Shown here one piece after another: positions 60,935 to 64,000 of a stretch of DNA of 64,000 nucleotides. Where the stretch lies: NCBI GenBank assembly GCA_934120675.1, contig CAKOUU010000008.1:1420-65419 (forward strand), in the 5' to 3' direction. Within the stretch, counting starts at the first letter, position 1, and every line of letters begins with the position of its first letter. This stretch comes from an uncultured Clostridia bacterium (GTDB lineage Bacteria > Bacillota > Clostridia > TANB77 > CAG-508). Under the pieces are notes generated by a model that saw only the letters and a list, made by a program, of their open reading frames with translations, was not told the DNA's origin and did not search any database. The position numbers and the translations under genes were made by a program.

Positions 60935-61128
60935 TTATTATCAGCTCCTTTTTGTTTTCTTTTTATATTTTTATCTTTTTCAATTTTTTTATTCTTTTTT
61001 CATCATAGATTTAACGTTACAATTCACAGTTTAAGAAATTTTTTATTTTGTAGATATTTACAAATCCATTTAAAAATGGTATAATTTGGAAGTGACTATT
61101 TATGATTTTTTGAAAGGAGTATCACAAT

Positions 61129-61356
61129 ATGAGAAAAGACAGCAAAGATTTAACTGAAATTTTTTCGGTTGGATCAAATGATTCCAATCCCTCTATTAAG
61201 GAAATACGGAGGAAAAAAACAGACAAAAACTCAAGCAGTGACATTGCTACTTATGAAGTAGTTGCTCACATTGAAAAAAATCAAGAAATAAAGATTGAGG
61301 ATAAAAGTTTATCCCCTGCAGAAATTGATTTTATACAACATCAATTTGGCAGATAA
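61129..61356 (+). CDS. Hypothetical protein
   Basis: 75 aa. Promoter TTTACA-17-TATAAT, SD AAAGGAG. Terminator at 61371-61417. Confidence 0.5.
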   Translation: MRKDSKDLTEIFSVGSNDSNPSIKEIRRKKTDKNSSSDIATYEVVAHIEKNQEIKIEDKSLSPAEIDFIQHQFGR

Positions 61357-61370
61357 GTTTTATTTTTCGA

Positions 61371-61417
61371 AAGTGCATATGTAAAATTTCAAAAAAACAC
61401 ATATGCACTTTTTTTAT
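61371..61417 (+). terminator. Intrinsic terminator
   Basis: AAGTGCATATGT...ACATATGCACTT followed by T7. Confidence 0.75.
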
Positions 61418-61516
61418 GTCAATTTTCCTTGATATTTAACCAAAAATATTATATAATGCCATAGAAAGAATCATAAAAGAAAAAAAATTATATAAATTAA
61501 ATTTTAGGAGGCAAAA

Positions 61517-62803
61517 ATGATAGATATCAAATTTTTAAGAGAAAATCCCGATGTTGTAAAACAAAACATCAAAAACAAATTTCAAGACGAAAAACTAGTA
61601 TTAGTTGATGAAGTTATTGATTTAGACATAAAAAACAGAGAAGCAAAATTAAATGGAGACAATCTAAGAGCAGAAAGAAAATCTTTAAGTGCAGAAATTG
61701 GTGGACTTATGAAACAAGGCAAAAAAGAAGAAGCAGAAAGCATAAAAGTAAAAGTTCAAGAAATAAATGCACAACTTGAAGAGAATGAAAAATTAGAAGC
61801 AAAATATGCTGAAGAAATAAAATCAAGAATGATGAAAATACCAAATATTATGGACCCATCTGTTCCAATTGGTAAAGACGACAGCGAAAATGTAGAAGTT
61901 CAAAGATTTGGTGAACCAGTTGTTCCAGATTATGAAATTCCATATCATGCAGACATTATTGCAAGATTTAATGGAATGGACAAAGAATCTGCAGGACGTA
62001 CAAGTGGCGTTGGTTTCTACTACCTAATTGGTGATGTTGCAAGGCTTCACGAAGCAATGCTTGCATATGCAAGAGATTACATGATTAACAACGGTTTCAC
62101 ATATGCTATACCACCATTTATGATTCGTAGTGATGTTGTAACTGGTGTTATGAGTTTTGAAGAAATGTATGATATGATGTACAAAATTGAAGGTGAAGAT
62201 TTATACCTAATCGGTACTTCTGAACACTCAATGATTGGTAGATTTAAAGACCAATTAATCAAAAAAGATGAACTTCCAATTAGCATGACATCATACTCTC
62301 CATGTTTCAGAAAAGAAATTGGTTCACATGGTCTAGAAGAAAGAGGTTTATACCGTGTTCATCAATTTGAAAAACAAGAAATGATAGTTTTATGCGAACC
62401 AGAAGATTCTATGAACTGGTACAATAAAATGTGGAAATTAAGTGTTGATTTATTTAGAAGTTTCAATGTTCCAGTAAGACAACTTGACTGTTGTTCTGGA
62501 GATTTAGCAGACTTAAAAGTTAAATCTTGCGATATTGAAGCATGGAGTCCTAGACAAAAGAAATACTTTGAAGTTTGTAGTTGCTCTAACTTAGGAGATG
62601 CTCAAGCAAGACGTTTAGGAATTCGTGTTAAGAGTGAAAAAGGAAACTATTTCTTACATACATTAAATAATACAGTTGTTGCTACGCCAAGAGGACTAAT
62701 TGCAGTATTAGAAAATAACTACAATGAAGATGGAAGTGTTACTGTTCCAGAAGTTTTAAGACCTTACATGGGTGGAACTGAAAAAATTCTTCCAAAAAAT
62801 TAA
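61517..62803 (+). CDS. serS: Seryl-tRNA synthetase
   Basis: 428 aa with MIDIKFLRENPD, a coiled-coil arm, class II motifs (FRKEIGSHG, LNNTVVATPR), and promoter TTGATA-17-TATAAT. Confidence 0.96.
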   Translation: MIDIKFLRENPDVVKQNIKNKFQDEKLVLVDEVIDLDIKNREAKLNGDNLRAERKSLSAEIGGLMKQGKKEEAESIKVKVQEINAQLEENEKLEAKYAEEIKSRMMKIPNIMDPSVPIGKDDSENVEVQRFGEPVVPDYEIPYHADIIARFNGMDKESAGRTSGVGFYYLIGDVARLHEAMLAYARDYMINNGFTYAIPPFMIRSDVVTGVMSFEEMYDMMYKIEGEDLYLIGTSEHSMIGRFKDQLIKKDELPISMTSYSPCFRKEIGSHGLEERGLYRVHQFEKQEMIVLCEPEDSMNWYNKMWKLSVDLFRSFNVPVRQLDCCSGDLADLKVKSCDIEAWSPRQKKYFEVCSCSNLGDAQARRLGIRVKSEKGNYFLHTLNNTVVATPRGLIAVLENNYNEDGSVTVPEVLRPYMGGTEKILPKN

Positions 62804-62812
62804 AATGAAACA

Positions 62813-62839
62813 AGTGGGACAGTGCAAAAATGTCTCACT
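62813..62839 (+). repeat. Hairpin AGTGGGACA-N9-TGTCTCACT after serS (second copy of the GGGACAGTSCAAAAWTGTCTCA motif)
   Basis: 9-bp stem with one G.T pair, so it folds cleanly only on the + strand. No adjacent T-run. Confidence 0.6.
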
Positions 62840-62952
62840 TTAATGTCAAAAAACGTCGAAAACAATATTTTTTATATTTGAGGGAGTAAAAGTTTGAAAA
62901 ATATTTGTGAGATAAATATTTTTAATCAAATTTTGTGCCTTGAAAGAAAGGA

Positions 62953-63546
62953 ATGTCAGTAAATATGATAGTAAATAATCCAAAATTTGAAGTATCAGCA
63001 GTAAGACCTGCTCAATATCCAAAAAATAATTTACCAGAAATTGTTTTAGTTGGTAAATCCAATGTTGGAAAATCAAGTTTTATAAACACCATGATAAACA
63101 GAAAAAAGCTTGCTAGAACAAGCAGTGAACCTGGAAAAACAAGACAAATTAATTTTTATAATATTGACGAAAAATTTTATTTTGTCGATTTACCTGGATA
63201 TGGATACAGTAAAATGTCTAAAAAAGAACAAGAACAAGTTGGTAAATTTATTGAGCAATATCTATTTAATAGAGAACAAATTTCTTTGATTATCTTTTTA
63301 GTAGATATCCGTCATTCACCTACTGAAAATGATAAACTTATGTACGATTACGTTATTCGTTCCGGTTTACCTTGTATGATTTTGGCAAATAAAGCTGATA
63401 AAATTGCTGTTACTAAAGTTTCAGATGTAGCTAGCAAATTACAAAAAACTTTAAATCCAATTGGTGATATTCCTACTTTTCCATTTTCTTCTGAAAGAAG
63501 AATTTATATGGATGATGTATGGAATGAAATTGAAAAATATATTTAA
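62953..63546 (+). CDS. engB: Ribosome-biogenesis GTPase EngB/YsxC
   Basis: GKSNVGKSSFIN, DLPGYGY, NKADK. Confidence 0.92.
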   Translation: MSVNMIVNNPKFEVSAVRPAQYPKNNLPEIVLVGKSNVGKSSFINTMINRKKLARTSSEPGKTRQINFYNIDEKFYFVDLPGYGYSKMSKKEQEQVGKFIEQYLFNREQISLIIFLVDIRHSPTENDKLMYDYVIRSGLPCMILANKADKIAVTKVSDVASKLQKTLNPIGDIPTFPFSSERRIYMDDVWNEIEKYI

Positions 63547-63663
63547 AAAAACGGGATTAGGGGACGGGTCTTCAATCCCGAATTTTTTTGTATATTGATA
63601 CATTTAGAAATATTTAATAAAAAAATTCGGGATTGAAGACCCGTCCCCTAATCCCGTTTTTTT
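63545..63663. repeat. Perfect 45-bp inverted pair of GGGGACGGGTC-loop hairpins between convergent genes
   Basis: 63545-63589 AAAAAAACGGGATTAGGGGACGGGTCTTCAATCCCGAATTTTTTT matches the reverse complement of 63619-63663 at 45/45. Confidence 0.9.
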
Positions 63664-63931
63664 AGCAACAACATTTTCTTTTTTTATCTTTCTTTCTATT
63701 ACAAATTAGTAATATAATAGATAAAATTAAAAGTAATCCCAAAACAACTGCTAAAACTATTATCGCTCCAAAAGATGCTACTATTTCAGATGCTATTGCC
63801 ACTGCACCAACTAATAGTCCAACAACAAATGAAAAAGCAATTGCTAATATTACTGTTATGATTCCAAAACATTTATTGTTATTGCATTTATCTTCTTTTT
63901 TGTCATAGCAAAATACTTCTTGTGGCTCCAT
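63662..63931 (-). CDS. Hypothetical membrane protein with a Cys-rich N-terminus and KKRKCCC C-terminus
   Basis: MEPQEVFCYDKKEDKCNNNKC..., two TM helices, then NRKKDKKRKCCC. The start is taken after AGGAGG. Confidence 0.5.
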   Translation of the reverse strand: MEPQEVFCYDKKEDKCNNNKCFGIITVILAIAFSFVVGLLVGAVAIASEIVASFGAIIVLAVVLGLLLILSIILLICNRKKDKKRKCCC

Positions 63932-64000
63932 AAAAGTCACCTCCTGCATAACACTTTTATTTGATGTGTTATACTATATATTATGTTGGACATAAGAAAA

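Noticed and set aside
61418-61516. A possible T-box leader upstream of serS.
   Set aside because: Only ~100 nt lie between the upstream terminator and the start. A sigma-A promoter accounts for most of this. No AGAGA / T-box (GGTGGTACCGCG-like) sequence is present.

Overview
This window is a visibly AT-rich, low-GC Firmicutes (Clostridia-like) chromosomal segment. GC content was not computed. Most genes lie on the minus strand and almost all are housekeeping.

Genes in window order:
- mnmA (partial) and a sufC-sufB-sufD-sufS-sufU Fe-S operon behind a DtxR-family regulator
- a HAD hydrolase
- a 1029-aa cohesin / LPXTG / dockerin / BNR-propeller ORF
- zupT and mutL
- two MacB/FtsX-type ABC exporters with a TetR regulator
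- a block of gene fragments: rdgB', metK', a chimeric mutL N-terminal paralogue, and a cotJA-like ORF
- divergent SecD/SecF-like proteins and an HD hydrolase
- 2x tRNA-Gly(UCC)
- groES-groEL, pyrG, a cyclophilin, disA, and a frameshifted radA
- mtaB, mreB, and tsaE-tsaB-rimI
- thrS with a T-box leader
- tRNA-Thr(GGU), sigH, and a GH18 protein
- two tandem paralogues of unknown function
- cadC-cadA
- hrcA-grpE-dnaK-dnaJ with CIRCE operators
- an Rpn-family nuclease gene, a CaCA exchanger, serS, and engB

I found no CRISPR array, rRNA, intact IS/transposase or prophage.

What stands out is non-coding:
1. A family of hairpin repeats has a conserved GGGGACG..TCTT loop and two covarying stem classes. 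Most copies occur as inverted pairs (REP/REPIN-like). They sit between cistrons of core operons: sufB|sufD, groES|groEL, dnaK|dnaJ and mtaB|mreB.
2. Two copies of a ~380-bp cassette are inserted at sufS|sufU and sufU|mnmA. Each encodes a 53-aa hydrophobic/basic peptide plus a convergent antisense promoter and terminator, which looks like a type I toxin-antitoxin module.
3. Several 170-340-bp nested palindromes share termini or cores. One has 76-bp perfect arms.
4. Several genes are broken or fused: sufD, radA, rdgB, metK, a mutL copy, and the Rpn gene tail.

All protein calls rest on motifs I recognise in the supplied translations or in my own translations. No database search was possible.
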